From NCBI GenBank assembly GCA_047495785.1, contig JBLDXI010000132.1, forward strand, positions 1-23,697: DNA of 23,697 bases, read 5' to 3'. Every line of letters begins with the position of its first letter. Within the stretch, counting starts at the first letter, position 1. The notes beneath the pieces are model-generated. The model did no database searches. It was not told where the DNA came from and saw only the letters and a program-made list of their open reading frames with translations. Below are positions 1 to 14,761 of this stretch, piece by piece. The position numbers and the translations under genes were made by a program. Source of the DNA: Lepidodermella squamata (Eukaryota; Animalia; Gastrotricha).

Positions 1-16
1 ACACATCTCGTGAGAG
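1..16 (+). other. Untrimmed sequencing barcode (PacBio bc1003, ACACATCTCGTGAGAG)
   Basis: The exact 16-mer sits at the first base. It recurs at 1366-1381, partly at 12812-12825, and reverse-complemented at the window end. The identification as bc1003 is from memory of the PacBio barcode set. Confidence 0.88.
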
Positions 17-128
17 GTCACACACACGCACACACATACACACATACAGCATACATGCACACGCACACAACCATTTGCGAGGCCTCCTTCACTGACACCC
101 ATATCTGGCAAAGGGTTCCTATTTTCAG

Positions 129-444
129 CACATTGAGTCCACATCGGGCGCTAAGGTAGAACTCAAAGGGTGTGACGACTTTGGATCAAATCAGGAGCCG
201 ATTCATCTCCTATTGTCCGCTCGCAATCGGGTGGGTGTCATTTCGACTTAAAATTTTTGGTTCACTTGGATAATTTTGACTGTTTAATTTGCAGGAGTCA
301 CTTGCGAACGCTGTGGCGCTCGCACAGAGTCTCATTGAGACGGTGTCACAGGAAATGTACAATTTTGATTTGCATTTATTGTGATTGCTGATAATTTTTA
401 TAATCTCTGCGTACACACACACTTAACTCATACACACACACACA

Positions 445-534
<90 letters not shown>

Positions 535-1021
535 CACACACACACACACACACCCTCACACCACAGGCTGGCCGCGAGGGAGGCGGAGAGTGTTTCAGTG
601 AATGAGTCTTCTCTTCTCTCTCTCCCATTCGCAGACACTCAGGCATCTGCACCTTACAACCCACAATTGGAACCACTCACATTGCATATTAATCCGAATT
701 TTGTGCCTCCTCGAGGGGCGTCACAAAATATGGGACTCTTTTCCCCGCCCACTGGGGCGTCACAGTATTATGGATATGGTAGTTTGGCAAGGATAGCCTT
801 TGGATGAAAGATTTTTTGTGAAATATTTTTCATTTTTTTTGATTGACATTTCGATTCGTTTTCTTAGAAACGCCGAAGTCAATTTATAGCGAAGCGCAGG
901 AGGCGAGATATCAGGTACTTGGAATGTGTTGTGTTTTTGTTCGAAGAGAGTTCATTGCGAAATTGGACATATTGATATTTTATTTCAGGAAATGATGAAG
1001 GAGCTTGGTCTTGCATCGTGA
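129..1021 (+). CDS. 3' exons of a KH-domain RNA-binding protein (KHDC4/BLOM7/RIK-like); 5' part lies outside the window
   Basis: GT-AG spliced exons at about 129-230, 295-356, 567-778, 868-914 and 989-1021 give HIESTSGAKVELKGCDDFGSNQEPIHLLLSARNR|ESLANAVALAQSLIETVSQEM...EMMKELGLAS*. This resembles the second KH domain of KHDC4 (HI..ETGAKV.LRG...EP.....S....L..A..L...L..TV..E). The last two exons are less certain; an unspliced alternative stops at 807. Confidence 0.7.
412..553 (+). repeat. (CA)n microsatellite inside an intron of the KH gene
   Basis: About 140 bp of nearly pure CA dinucleotide between the donor at 357 and the acceptor at 566. Confidence 0.95.
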
Positions 1022-1199
1022 GTGCTTGACTCTGACATTTGCACAATAAAACAAACAATCAACCAACCAACCAACCGACAAGAAATCTCGAGAGTCATCA
1101 CAAACTTCAATATTTATTTTGTGTGAATTTCCTCTCAACTTTCGATTTTGGTGAGATTGCCTTCTCATCCAAACTCGTCATTTTCACCCCACCAAATCC

Positions 1200-1876
1200 C
1201 TACTCTTCCTTTCTCCGCTTCCCATGACTCTCCCCTCTCTCTCCCTCTCCTTTTTCTTTCTTCCTCTTGCTCGCTGTAGAGCAATGGACATTAGATACAG
1301 CTCTTCCTGAGGGATCGGCCACACCTGCCCACTCCTGAAGATTGCAGAAAAGAAATAAATCAAATACACATCTCGTGAGAGTCTCCTGATGAATGCAGAA
1401 AAGAAATAAATCAAATTCGATTGACTTTCAATAAAATATAAACTCAAAATCCAAACAAAACACTCCAATACTCTCTCTCTTTTTGCATGCATCTCTTCAC
1501 CAAAATTGGAAATCAAGCCGCACCTTGGACCATCGGATGGCGGTGGGAGTACTGCACGCTATTGACGGCCCTCCTGCACGGAGACGTCAAATCCAATATT
1601 GAGTGTGAGTGTGTGAATGTGTGAATGCGTGTGTTTTCTTGTGTGTATTCGTAAATTTGACGTTTGAATTCCATCTTCGAATGCGGAAGCGATCTCATTT
1701 TTCATTTGAGTAAGAACACCATCAATTCGTACCTGGGACAGTGAGGACCGCACAAGGCGCTCGGAACAGCTGCTCAAATATGTCGCGAAACATGTATGCT
1801 TCCTGCGATGGAAGAGGCGGAGATTTCCTTTGAGAGAAAAGCGCACTCCAACCCACACAAACAAACAGATTGACAA

Positions 1877-1944
<68 letters not shown>

Positions 1945-4900
1945 CTTGGTGGGAGGGGTGTTGAAGGGAAAGCGGTCAGCGCGGTGCTCAAAGGTGATGT
2001 CACTGATCTGTGTTCGGAAAAAGCTCCAAATCAGTCTTACTCTCCGACACGCACTCTATTTCTCTCTCTCCCTTTAGTCATTTTATCTCTTTTTGTCTGT
2101 GATTTAAAAATTCAATTCCTTCTCTTCATGAACTCGATTTGCTCTTCTTTTCATTCTCTCACACACACTTATTTCCCATTCCTCTTTTTCCGCCTTTTCT
2201 CAAATTAAAAAAATCAAACAAATTCGTGAATCGACCACCTGAATGTTTGCAAAGTCACGCAAGCAGTCAATCCACCCATACCCTACTCCATCGGAAAATT
2301 GTTCTTTTTGTCGCCAAAGAATGGAAGAAGGAAGATAGGGGTTGTCAGGCGTGTCAAAAGCCTTCGAAGGAGAGAGAGAGAGAGGAGAAAATGAGAACTT
2401 TCGATTCAAGAGAAAGGGAAAACAGAGAGCAATGGGAGAGCGAGAGAGGCAAGGGAGAGAGAGAGGAAAGAAAGAGAGAGAGAGGAATGGGAGAGAGAGA
2501 GAGGAAAGAGAGAGAGAGACAGAGGTCATGGGTGAGGAAGGAGGAAGGGAAAGAGAGAATGTCGAAATAAAAATGAAATACCCGCCGGAGGATATATTTT
2601 TCCATTCTTCCTTTCTTGATCATTTTAGCGGACGGATCGATGTTCATTGCTATATCAAGAAAGTCCACATCCAAAAAAGGTACCCGCGCCTCCAAACCCC
2701 ACGCCATCGTCGACTGAGAAAGAAAAACGTAAAAGAGAGAGAGAGTGTGTGAGAGAACGAGAGAAAGAATGAGAGAAAATGCATCCGCCAAGAAAAAGTC
2801 ACCTTATCCGCACGCAAGCAATCATACAAGTGGAGGTTTGCAATCTTCCTCACAAGCTCCGCCTGGAACTCCTCCTTGTTCGGTGCCATGTGGAAGTAGA
2901 GATATCCACCGAAGACCTTGGAGAAGGGGAAAGAGAGAGAGAGAGAGGATTGATCGTCAGACTCCTCATCCTCTTCAAACACACAACACACACAACACTC
3001 TCTCTCTCAAGGCACACACACACTCACCTCGTCCGCTCCTTCGCCGGAAAGAACCATTTTCACTCCCATCGATTTAATCTTCCGACTCATCAGGTACATC
3101 GGGGTGGAAGCCCGGATGGTCGTCACGTCATAAGTTTCCAAATGAAAAATGACGTCACGAATGGCATCGAGAGCTTCCTAAGGTTTGGGATAAGTTTTTA
3201 TAAAATAAAAAGACTTTAAAAAAGATCCATCACACAAGCAATCACACACACACACACACAACATACTTGCAGAGTGAACACGATCTCGTGGTGGACGGTC
3301 CCGAGGAACGCTGCCGCCTCGCGTGCCGCTTTCAGATCGGGTGACGTGTCCAGTCCGATCGAAAATGAATGGACGCGCGGAAAATGAACGCCTGAACTGT
3401 CCTTTTCCTGATGGGGAAGGGGAGAGAGGGAGAGAGGGAGAGGAAGATTGGAAAGAAATAAAGAAAGAAAGGGAGAGAAAGAGAGGGAGAGAAAGAAAGA
3501 GAGGGAGAGAAAGAGGACATGAAGAGAGAGGAAGGAGAGAGGGAGAAGAAAAATGGAAGGAGAGAAAGGGTGACGGAGATAGAGGGGAGCAGAGAGGGGA
3601 GCAAAGAGTACGAAATGATAAAGTGTTTTTGTATTACACACACACGTTGAATGGTGAACACACTTTCGAATACACAAACTCTAACATACACACACACACA
3701 CACACACACACATAGTACCTGCTCCTTGGCGAATCGGCATACGATGCTACACACCAGAGAGGAATCCAGCCCACCTTGGAAAATGCAAATGATCACTTCC
3801 TTATTCCATTTCTATCTCAACATTCAAACACATTCCTCTCACCAAATTCTCAGCATCCAGAATGTGTGTGAATGAAATAGACACACACACACACACACAC
3901 ATACACACACCACATACACAAACACACACACACACACACACACCAGAGAGGAGCACGCCGTAAGGGACGTCAGACATCAATCTCTTCTTCACCGCGTCTT
4001 CCAATCCACATCGGAGAGTCACGTAATCAACATTTTCGACCACATCCACCCCGTCCGTTTCAAGGGATGCGGGTATATATGATTCGCTGAACCACTCGGG
4101 TTGGAAATATCGGGTGAGTCCCGACGATGCTCCTTTGGGTGAAAACGTCAAATAATGTCCAGGCGGAAACACCTTAAAGGACGGGCAGAGGACGTCCAAA
4201 GCCTATTATGGAGGTAAGAGTCTTCATCACACGAATATATCAACACACCAAAGAATACCGAATATCATCACACACGCACGCACACATAAACACACCAAAG
4301 AATAGCAAACATCAAGATCACATCACTCGCTCACATACCTTCATTTCAGACGCGAACCACACCGCCCCTTCGGAGTCGTTTCCATAATACAGTGGGCAAA
4401 CTCCGATTGGATCGCGTGACGCCATGAACACTTCACTTTGACTGTCCGACACCACAAATGCAAATTGACCACGTAATCTAAGAAGACAAAGAGACAGTTT
4501 GAAGATTGTGAGTGAGAGAGTTTAAGGGGAAGAAAAAGAAAAGAGAGAGAGAAGGAGATCCTAACAGTGTGACGAGTTGCGGTCCGAGAGAGAGGAACGC
4601 GGGTAAGATGGGTTCGCAATCGGACTTTGTGGCGTAAGCATACGATGCGAATCGGCTGCGAAGGTCTTTGTGGTTGAATATCTCACCGTTCACACAGAGG
4701 ACTGTCTGAGGGGAGGGGGTTGGTTTGAATGAGAAAGAGAGAATGGGAGAGAGAAAAGAGAAATTCATTGATGAAAAGCAATGATATAAAGAATAAAAGA
4801 GAATGAGAGAGAGAGAGAGAAAAATGTTTGAGGATATCACTGAATTCATGCAAAATCCGAGAAAAAAATCGAAAAGTTTTAAAGAACCTTGCCACTAGGA

Positions 4901-5263
4901 TCCACAATGGGCTGAGCGCCTGTGAGTGGGTCCATAATAGACAGCCTCTCGTGTGCAAAGCCATTCAGCTTGCCTGAGGCGGAGGGAAACACCTAAGAGG
5001 GAGAAGGGAAAGAGAAATGAGTTGATAGGGACGATAGGGTAAGACGAGAGAACAAAAAGGAAGGAAAGGAGTGGGTATTTGCGAAGTAAGAATCAAGAAA
5101 GTTGAAGATGAAAGAGAAAGAGAGAGGGAGAGAGATCTGCCTGGATATGGATGCCGCTCCAGTCGGGGCCGCGGTGGCGAAGTCGCTTGATTGCCGACAG
5201 AAGTTTCTTTCGCAAATCCTTCTCTCTTCCATCGAAACCGTACACTGCGAGGATGCCGCACAT
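1200..5263 (-). CDS. ASNS: Asparagine synthetase (glutamine-hydrolysing, AsnB/ASNS type), about 15 exons
   Basis: N-terminal MCGILAV (Ntn catalytic Cys), then [122 protein letters not shown] and DPSGRA in the correct order across spliced exons. ATG at 5263, TAG at 1200-1202. Confidence 0.97.
1332..1416 (+). other. Internal barcode (1366-1381, plus T) flanked by a 34-bp direct duplication; assembly junction artefact
   Basis: ctcctgaagattgcagaaaagaaataaatcaaat (1332-1365), then acacatctcgtgagagt, then ctcctgatgaatgcagaaaagaaataaatcaaat (1383-1416). Confidence 0.85.
1878..1943 (+). repeat. (CA)n microsatellite, read as (GT)n starting at an ASNS splice donor
   Basis: The minus strand reads ...CCCACCAAG|gtgtgtgtgt... 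Confidence 0.9.
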
Positions 5264-5669
5264 GCTCACAAATTTGGATACAATGAAGAAAATAAGCAGA
5301 AGAAGAGAGAAGAGAGAGAAGAGAAAAGAAGAGAGAAGAGAGATGAGAGAAGGGGAAAAAAGAGGGAAAAACGAAGGAAAAGACGCGTATTTTAAGGTGG
5401 GGAAAAAAGATGGAATCGAGAGGATGTCTACTGACATATTTAACAAATTTATGTCAAAAGACGTTTTATAACGGTAAAAATATTCGAATTTTCAAGTGCG
5501 AGTCTTTGTAACGGTTCGATTTCCCGCCAAATTTCCTTTCCAATCTTTTCTTTTTCACTTGTTTTTGAGTTGCCATTCGCCATTCGATCTCTGTCTTTCT
5601 CTCCTTTGGCCATCCTATTTTACCGCTGATTTTCCTTTCTCGCCTTGTTCTTCTTTTTGTACTCCAAAG
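5264..5669. promoter_or_regulatory. Short divergent intergenic region (ASNS and the F-box-like gene); probable bidirectional promoter
   Basis: Two oppositely oriented ATGs about 405 bp apart, with an AT-rich core near 5435-5495. No specific element identified. Confidence 0.45.
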
Positions 5670-7883
5670 ATGGCGCTTTCCTTCGAATCCCTCTCTCTCG
5701 TCCGCTGCTTGACATGCGGCACACTCACACGCCCTCAGAACATCTGCCATCATAACCGAACTCTCTGCCATCACTGTGCAGCGAACCAAAACGTGTGCTA
5801 TCATTGTGGAAACGAACGGACGTCAGATCGATCATCTGTTTGTGGTGACTGCCAGAAGAGATTCAAGGTGACGTGTGTCCTTTGCAAGAAGAGAGGCGTG
5901 AATTTCCTTCTTGGGATGGACGTCTGTAGCATCTGCAGTGTGGAAAATGTCGCAAGGAAGCAGAGAAGGTGTGGACCTTCGATTGACTGCGAGATTGAAG
6001 AAGCTGAGTCCTTTCATCCGAAAAGAAAAAGGGGAGAAAGTGAGAGTGAGGGAATGTTTGATGAGAAGAAACCGACAAAAAGAAGTAAGAAGGGGAAACC
6101 AGAAGTTGTGGCTGAGAAATCGAAGGTGGGAGGAAAAGAGAAGGTAAAGACGGACGACAAATCCTCTACGACTGTGAAGAGAGCGGATGAGAGGAAGGCA
6201 GCGCCCAAGAAGGCACAAAGCGAGAAACCGAAAACATCAACCAAAAAACGTACAAATTCACAAAAGCGCTTCACTTCGCGCCGCCTCTCCTTCTCCCCCT
6301 CCTCCTCCTCTCCCACACACACCTTTGACCTGGACAATAGCCTTTCCCCCCTCCCTCCTCTCCTCTCCCTCCCTCCTCTCCTCTCCATCTCTTTTGCCCT
6401 ACCTCCCAACTTCGCCTCTCTTCTCATCTCTCGCGGCCACTCCTCCTCTTCTTCTCTCTCCTCATGACGTCGGGACGTCTGCTGACGTCTCCATGGAGTC
6501 GTTCTCTCTCTCTCCCTTCTCCTCCTCGAATCCTTCGAAAGAGAAATTTACTTCTCTCTCTCTTCGGCCTTCTCTTACGATTGGGAGTGAGTGTGGCGCT
6601 CTTTTCTCTTCCGTTCCTGCTGAACTTGATGCACTCCAAGATGATTTTAAATTTCTCACGTATCCAGATTCAGCAAGGGCCTCGCAAGTGTCACGGTACG
6701 CGAACTCATCAATCTTCGAATTCATTTTCAAACTTTCCTTTCCTCTATTCTTCCTTTCAGAGAATGTCACGAGGCCGACTCCACGCACCTCCTCACATCC
6801 GTGACTCTCTCCCCTTCCCTCACTCCCAATCAAGTTTGCTTCCTCCGCCGTTACTTCCCCTCTCTCTCCTCTCTCTCTCTCCTCTCTCTCCTCTTTCCCT
6901 CTCTTCTCCCTTTCCATCCGTCTCTCTCTCTCCACGATATCTTATTGGACGTCATTGAGAACGGAAAAAGGAAGTTTGTGAATGTCACGTCGATTCACAC
7001 CGGAAATTATTCTTTTTGTGACGAGTCCCTCACTCTGATACCGTCACTCTTTCCTCGCCTTGAGCATCTTCGAGTCGAGTGTGACGATGCGAACCGTGGA
7101 GTCACGCAAAACGTTTTAGTCCAAACGCTCTCTCGACTTCCAAGTCTACGCACTCTCTTTCTCTTTCGAGTCAAAGTCGATCTGAACTTCCCTAGTTTGC
7201 TACCTACTCATATTGAGGAGGTACGCTTTTGTCAGAGCGGAGTTGAAGGAGGAGAAAGTTCCAAAAATGGAAAGGCATCTCTCTCTGCGCATCCGATATC
7301 AAATGAGAAAAAAGTGAATAGGGAAAGATACGAGGACGGATGGGCGTCACTGTTTGCGGAGATGTATCGATTCGGATTTGTCTGCTGTGCTGAAAGGCGA
7401 TGCGGCCTCTTCTATCGACCCGAACACATTTCCTCTATTCCGCTGTGTCTCTACCACGATGAGGAGTGTGACGGCGATTTCCAGGATCCATCTTTCCAAT
7501 GCTGTGACTCCAGGTCTTCGGAACTCTTTGGATTACGAGGGTGCAAGAAGAAGTGTCACACGCCCGCTCCGCCATCATTTTGTGGTTTTAATCTCAGATA
7601 TCTTGATCATCTTCCTCCTCTCGAGCTTCTTGATGTCACTTTTTCGGCGGAATTAGAGACGAAAATGGAAAGTATCTTTGACTGCTCTTCGGATGAGCCT
7701 ATTTGGAGTTACCGATGCGAATCTTTGCGTCAGTCCGATCAGCTTGGATCACCGTCTTCTTATTGCGCGACACACAACGTGTGCGTCACAGCACATCTTT
7801 CTCTTTTTAAAGGTCGTGACAGATGGAAAGGGAATTGCCCTCCTCCTGCGTTGCGTGACTTCGAAGGATCCGCTTCCTTCTAA
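5670..7883 (+). CDS. Uncharacterised protein: CxxC-rich N-terminus, Lys-rich linker, F-box-like motif, LRR-like repeats, CHORD-like Cys/His module
   Basis: ATG at 5670; six CxxC pairs at 5706-5936. F-box-like LFSSVPAELDALQDDFKFLTYPDSARASQVSR at 6601-6695. GT-AG intron 6696-6760 joins in frame to ORF 6801-7883, which has LxxLxL units (LFPRLEHLRV, LSRLPSLRTLFL, LPPLELLDV). Joining the N-terminal part needs a candidate intron at 6250-6340 or a 1-nt frameshift. Confidence 0.65.
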
Positions 7884-8082
7884 ATGTAGTCAAGAATTGT
7901 CGGTGTCTGTGTGTGGATTGGGGTGTGTGACGAACTGAGTACATGTGAGTGGACATCTTAAATTATTAAAGAAATAATTTCCGAAAATCCACTTCGCCCG
8001 TCGTCAAAATGACATTTTATGAGTGGAAATAGGTTCTCTTCGTGTCCCACGCTTTATCTTTCGACATCCGATCACCATCTAC

Positions 8083-10142
<2,060 letters not shown>

Positions 10143-11440
10143 ATGGCAGCATCACGTCTGGAGGCAGAGGACTTGCGCTTGGACGGCGCCACGTCATCCA
10201 ACTACACGCAAGTGATCACAGAGCATCTCCATGTGCAACTACACGCAGGTGGAAAGGCTAATGGAATGGGAGAGAGGTGATTTCTGAAGTTTCGGGACAG
10301 ATTTTGCGTCATCGAAGCTGGTGGGACACGTCATGTTCATCTTTCGGTCTTTGGTGCCTCATTTGTCGACCATTACATTGGACACGAGGTGAAATAGGTT
10401 TATTCTTGGAAGTCTTTTTTTTGAATGTTTTTTTTTTGACATTTTAGGGACCTTGTCATCCATGGAGTTCTGGACCAGTCTCTCAGAGTCTCTTCATCTC
10501 TCTCTCTCTCTCTCTCTCTGTTCCTCTCTCTCTCTTCTCGAGTTTTTTATCATTCACAAATATTCTTATGGACTGACATGTAATCAAAGGTACCTCTCAG
10601 CCACTTCGTCGAGCCTGCAGCCAATGGCTTGGGTATGCAATTGTGTTTGCTTTCTTTCATTGCTTTGTTTGAGCGTATTTGTTGTAGGCTCTGTTTTGAG
10701 TATCATTTTGGAAGAGGAAGTGGACGAAGGTACCTTTTCTCTCTCTACTTTCTCACAATTCGAATCTCTCGTTCTCTCCTTCTTTCTTCCTTTTATTTTT
10801 GTCTCACACCCACGAAGGTGAACGAATTTATGTACAAATCAACTATGAGACGTCGCCCAACGCATCCGGCTTGCAGGTCTGACTTCTCCCCCCACACACA
10901 CTTCTCATTCTCAATTGAGAGTTGCGATGAATACGACAGCGCTTTCGATGAAACGACTCACATCTTCTCACAGTGGCTTCCGTCGTCTCAGACGGACGGG
11001 GGCAAGTTTCCTTATATGTTCACCCCAATTCCAAGCCATCCACTGCCGATCCGCCATCCCCTGCCAAGGTACCGTAGGACCCTTCATTTTCACTCTGAAT
11101 CATCCAACTCTCAATGTCTTCTTCCACACTTCTCCATCGTCAATTCTCTTTCTATTGACAACTCTCTTATCACACGCTCTCTCTGACAATACTCACCATA
11201 TATTCTTCTTCTTCTTCTCTTCCTTTCTCTCTCCCACCCTCCTCCCCAGACACGCCCAGTGTGAAGACACCGTACTCCGCCAGTATCACAGTACCTTCTC
11301 CACTCATCGCTCTGATGAGTGCCCTCTCGAAGTGCAGCTCCAAAGAAGGCAGTGGGGAGGGGGATCTGATCACATACACTTTTGAGCAGCCTATCCCTGT
11401 GCCATCGTACTTGATCGCGCTTGTTGTGGGGCACTTGGAG

Positions 11441-11477
<37 letters not shown>

Positions 11478-12695
11478 TGTATATGTAATATTTCGATCAC
11501 TGCTTCACGTGGAGATAATTTGTTTTCGTTTACATTTTTTTTCATTGTTATAAATGCATTTTCTCTCCAGAGCCGCGACATCAGCGGTCGCTGCCGCGTT
11601 TGGTCCGAGCCCGAGCGTGTTGAGGTACTTTGTTGATCACGTGTGGATGAGCGTGTTCGTCTGTATGTGTGTTGCCTCATTTGCTTAGGAATGGGTGAAT
11701 GTTTTTTAAATTGCAAATGATGTTTTTTGCGATGGACAACTTGGGGGTTGACATCTCACGGTCCGTCTCTTCTCACTGCAGGAATGCGCATTTGAGTTCG
11801 GCAACACAGAGGAGTACCTGAGGGCCGCGGAGGACGTCATGTTCGCATACACATGGGGACGATACGACCTGCTGGTTCTGCCGTCGTCGTTTCCTTATGG
11901 GGGCATGGAGGTCGGGACACACATCACACTCGCACCACTCAAGTGTCCGCGATGGGCTGGCTTATTACACACACACACTCTCCCACAGAGAGACAAATCT
12001 CCATTTAAATTCTCTTTTTTCACAGAATCCGTGTTTGACATTCGTCACTCCCACTCTTTTGGCGGGCGATCGATCTCTCACAAATGTGGTCGCCCACGAG
12101 ATCGCTCACAGCTGGACAGGTGGGGAGGTGTGGGGTGACGGAGGGAGGAAGTAAGGAATCAAAGAAGAGTACGGTGGTGTAGGGGACTGGAGAGTTGGAT
12201 AAAACAAGATTGGTGCTTTGGCTCCAACGCTTTCCTTCTCCGCCCACTCTCTCTCCTCTCCTCTCTCCTCTCTCCTTTCCTCTCCTCTCCCTCCCCCTCC
12301 TATCCCAAGGCAACCTGGTGACCAACCGGACTTGGGCGCACTTTTGGCTGAATGAGGGATTCACTGTGTTTGTGGAAAGGAAAATAATCGGCCGTCTTCA
12401 GGGAGAGAAGGAGCGACAGCTCGACCACATTGTGGGCCACAACGCTCTGGTGTGTGAGAGAGAGAGAAAGAGTGTATCTGTTTGTGTGAGAGAGAGAGTG
12501 TGTACCTGTGTGTGTGTGTGTGTGTGTGTGTTCTCTCTTTTGTATTCTTTTCCATCCTGCAAATCTGACTGCTCACTACACTTCTTTATCCACAGAAAGA
12601 CTGTATCCTCGGAATGCGGAAGAGAGGAACGGAGGATTTGTACACACCCCTCATTGTCCCTGTCGAAGGCGACCCAGACGATGCTTTCTCCTCGT

Positions 12696-12737
<42 letters not shown>

Positions 12738-13377
12738 AGTCACTCGCTCTCTCTCAGACTTTCTGTCGATCATTGTCTCTTGCACACGATCGCCTTCTTC
12801 GAGTCGTTGTTACATCTCGTGAGAGTATTCTTGTTTTTTCATTCTCACCTCTTCTTCGTCTTTGAGTGTATAATTGAATAACGAACTCTCGCAGTGTCCC
12901 ATATGAGAAGGGTTCGCAGTTTCTGTTTTATTTGGAGCACATCGCGGATAAACTCACCCAAGAAGGTAATATGCAGGCAAATGTACAGACGCACATACAC
13001 ACTTACATACACACACTTACATAACAATCAAACGAATTCGGACGCTTGCGAATCGAGTCACGAACATATACATCTCCTCGAAGCTAATTCCCTTTTTAGT
13101 CTTCAGCCCCGAGGAGAGGGCCGCAAGGTCTTTTGAGTGCTGTGTGCGAAGCTGGATCGCCACACATCAAGGTTGGTGAGGAAGAATCGTAACATGAACA
13201 GATCAGTGTGTGAGTGTGTGTGTGCATTCGTGGGTGTGTTTGTCTCTCTCTTCTCTAGCTGATTTCTTCATGTAGGAGGGACTGTGACGTCATCCATGTT
13301 TCGGGACCACTTTGAGTCCTTTTACAGCGGAGAAGCCTACGCCCCTCTTCGACAACAGGTACTGTGAAGCGAATCTT

Positions 13378-13417
<40 letters not shown>

Positions 13418-14355
13418 GCATTCTCTTTCTATCTCGCTCTCTCTTCCTCATACACAGCTACTAGGTGGACTGGCAGACGTGGATGCACACCCCTTCGTTT
13501 CCAAAAGTGGGTAAGGACTCTTTGTTTGATTCTCTCTCTTTCGCGCGCTCACACACTCACTTCTCGTCAAAGTTTTACCTTTTTTTTGATTTTCTTTTTC
13601 ACTCTCACCGATCTCTCAGACATACTCACCATTACGGACGGCTCACTCGCGGCCGACGCAATGAACGCGGCAAAAGAATGGGTGGAAAATGGATCAGGAG
13701 TGGGCGGATCTGTCGTCACAACTTGGTCGACCACACAATTCATCTTGTTTCTGGACACTGTGTTATTTACTTTGGGGGAGAGGGGGGAGGGGGAGGGGAA
13801 GGGAGTTGGGGACATTGTGAGGGCGATCACTGCGGCTTTTGAGTTGAGTGAGAAACGAAACAGGTTTGAAGTACTTTGTGTGTGAGTGTGTGTTTGTTTG
13901 TGACAGAATGTGTGCAAGAGTTTTTGTGAGGGTAATTTGGAGAGAAAAAGTGTAAGGAATGAGTCGTTTGTTTGTTTGTTTGTTTGACATACATCTTTTG
14001 TAGTGAGATTCGTTTTCGATGGCTTCGTTTGGTGGTGAAAGGTCGGTGTGAAGAGTGGTACACAAATGTGGTCCTCTTCCTCAAGAGCCAGGTTCTCACA
14101 CTCATTCTTTTGATTATAGATTATTTTTTTCCTTTCTTTTATAAGTGTTTTTTTCTCAAGATTTCAAGATTTCTTTTGATTTGCAAACCATCAATCTAAT
14201 GTGTTTGTGTGAAGGGGCGTATGAAGTTTGTTCGTCCTCTCTATCGCGAGCTGGCCGAGGCTGACAAAGAGTTGACTGTGAAGACTTTTGTGGAGACAAG
14301 AGAGCGCTACCATAATATTACTTCTAAAATGGTAGCCACCGACTTGGGAGTGTGA
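10143..14355 (+). CDS. LTA4H: Leukotriene A4 hydrolase-like M1 zinc aminopeptidase, many short exons
   Basis: [47 protein letters not shown]|NP (GXMEN), [25 protein letters not shown] (HEXXH-x18-E), [14 protein letters not shown] and the C-terminal [11 protein letters not shown]...DLGV*. There is one apparent extra C near 11023. Confidence 0.95.
12812..12826 (+). other. Partial barcode remnant in an LTA4H intron
   Basis: acatctcgtgagagt equals the last 14 nt of the barcode plus T. Confidence 0.75.
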
Positions 14356-14761
14356 GGCTTTGGTGCTTATATCATTGGTTGTTTTGTTCTCTGGTGGGAA
14401 TGAATCAAGTTGGTTTCATAAAGATTTACGATGTATCAATCACGTCTTGAAATTGTTTTCTATTTCTTTTCTTTTGTATTGCTCACAATGAAGTTGTTGA
14501 ATCTCGAGGATGTAACCTCTCTTCTGCAAGGGAATGAGTTGTATGTTCATTGAATGAGACCTGTCAATTTTGCATCACAGTTTAAAAACACCCCTACTCC
14601 CTTTCAGCTTTTCTCTTGTGTCTTCCTCGTCTCAACGCAGAGGAGGCTTGCAGAAGGAAAGAAGGAGACGAAAACAAAGGGGAAAGAGCAAAAGTGAAAG
14701 AGAAAATCAAAGGAGGAGAAGAAAGCAAAGAGAAAGTCTTCAAAAAAAAGTATCCGAAAAG

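Noticed and set aside
381-676. His-Thr and Cys-Val repeat ORFs, plus the many Glu-Arg and Leu-Ser ORFs elsewhere
   Set aside because: These are translations of intronic (CA/GT)n and (GA/CT)n microsatellites.
1332-1416. Tiny insertion element with a 34-bp target-site duplication
   Set aside because: The insert is exactly the barcode plus T, so an assembly overlap artefact explains it better.
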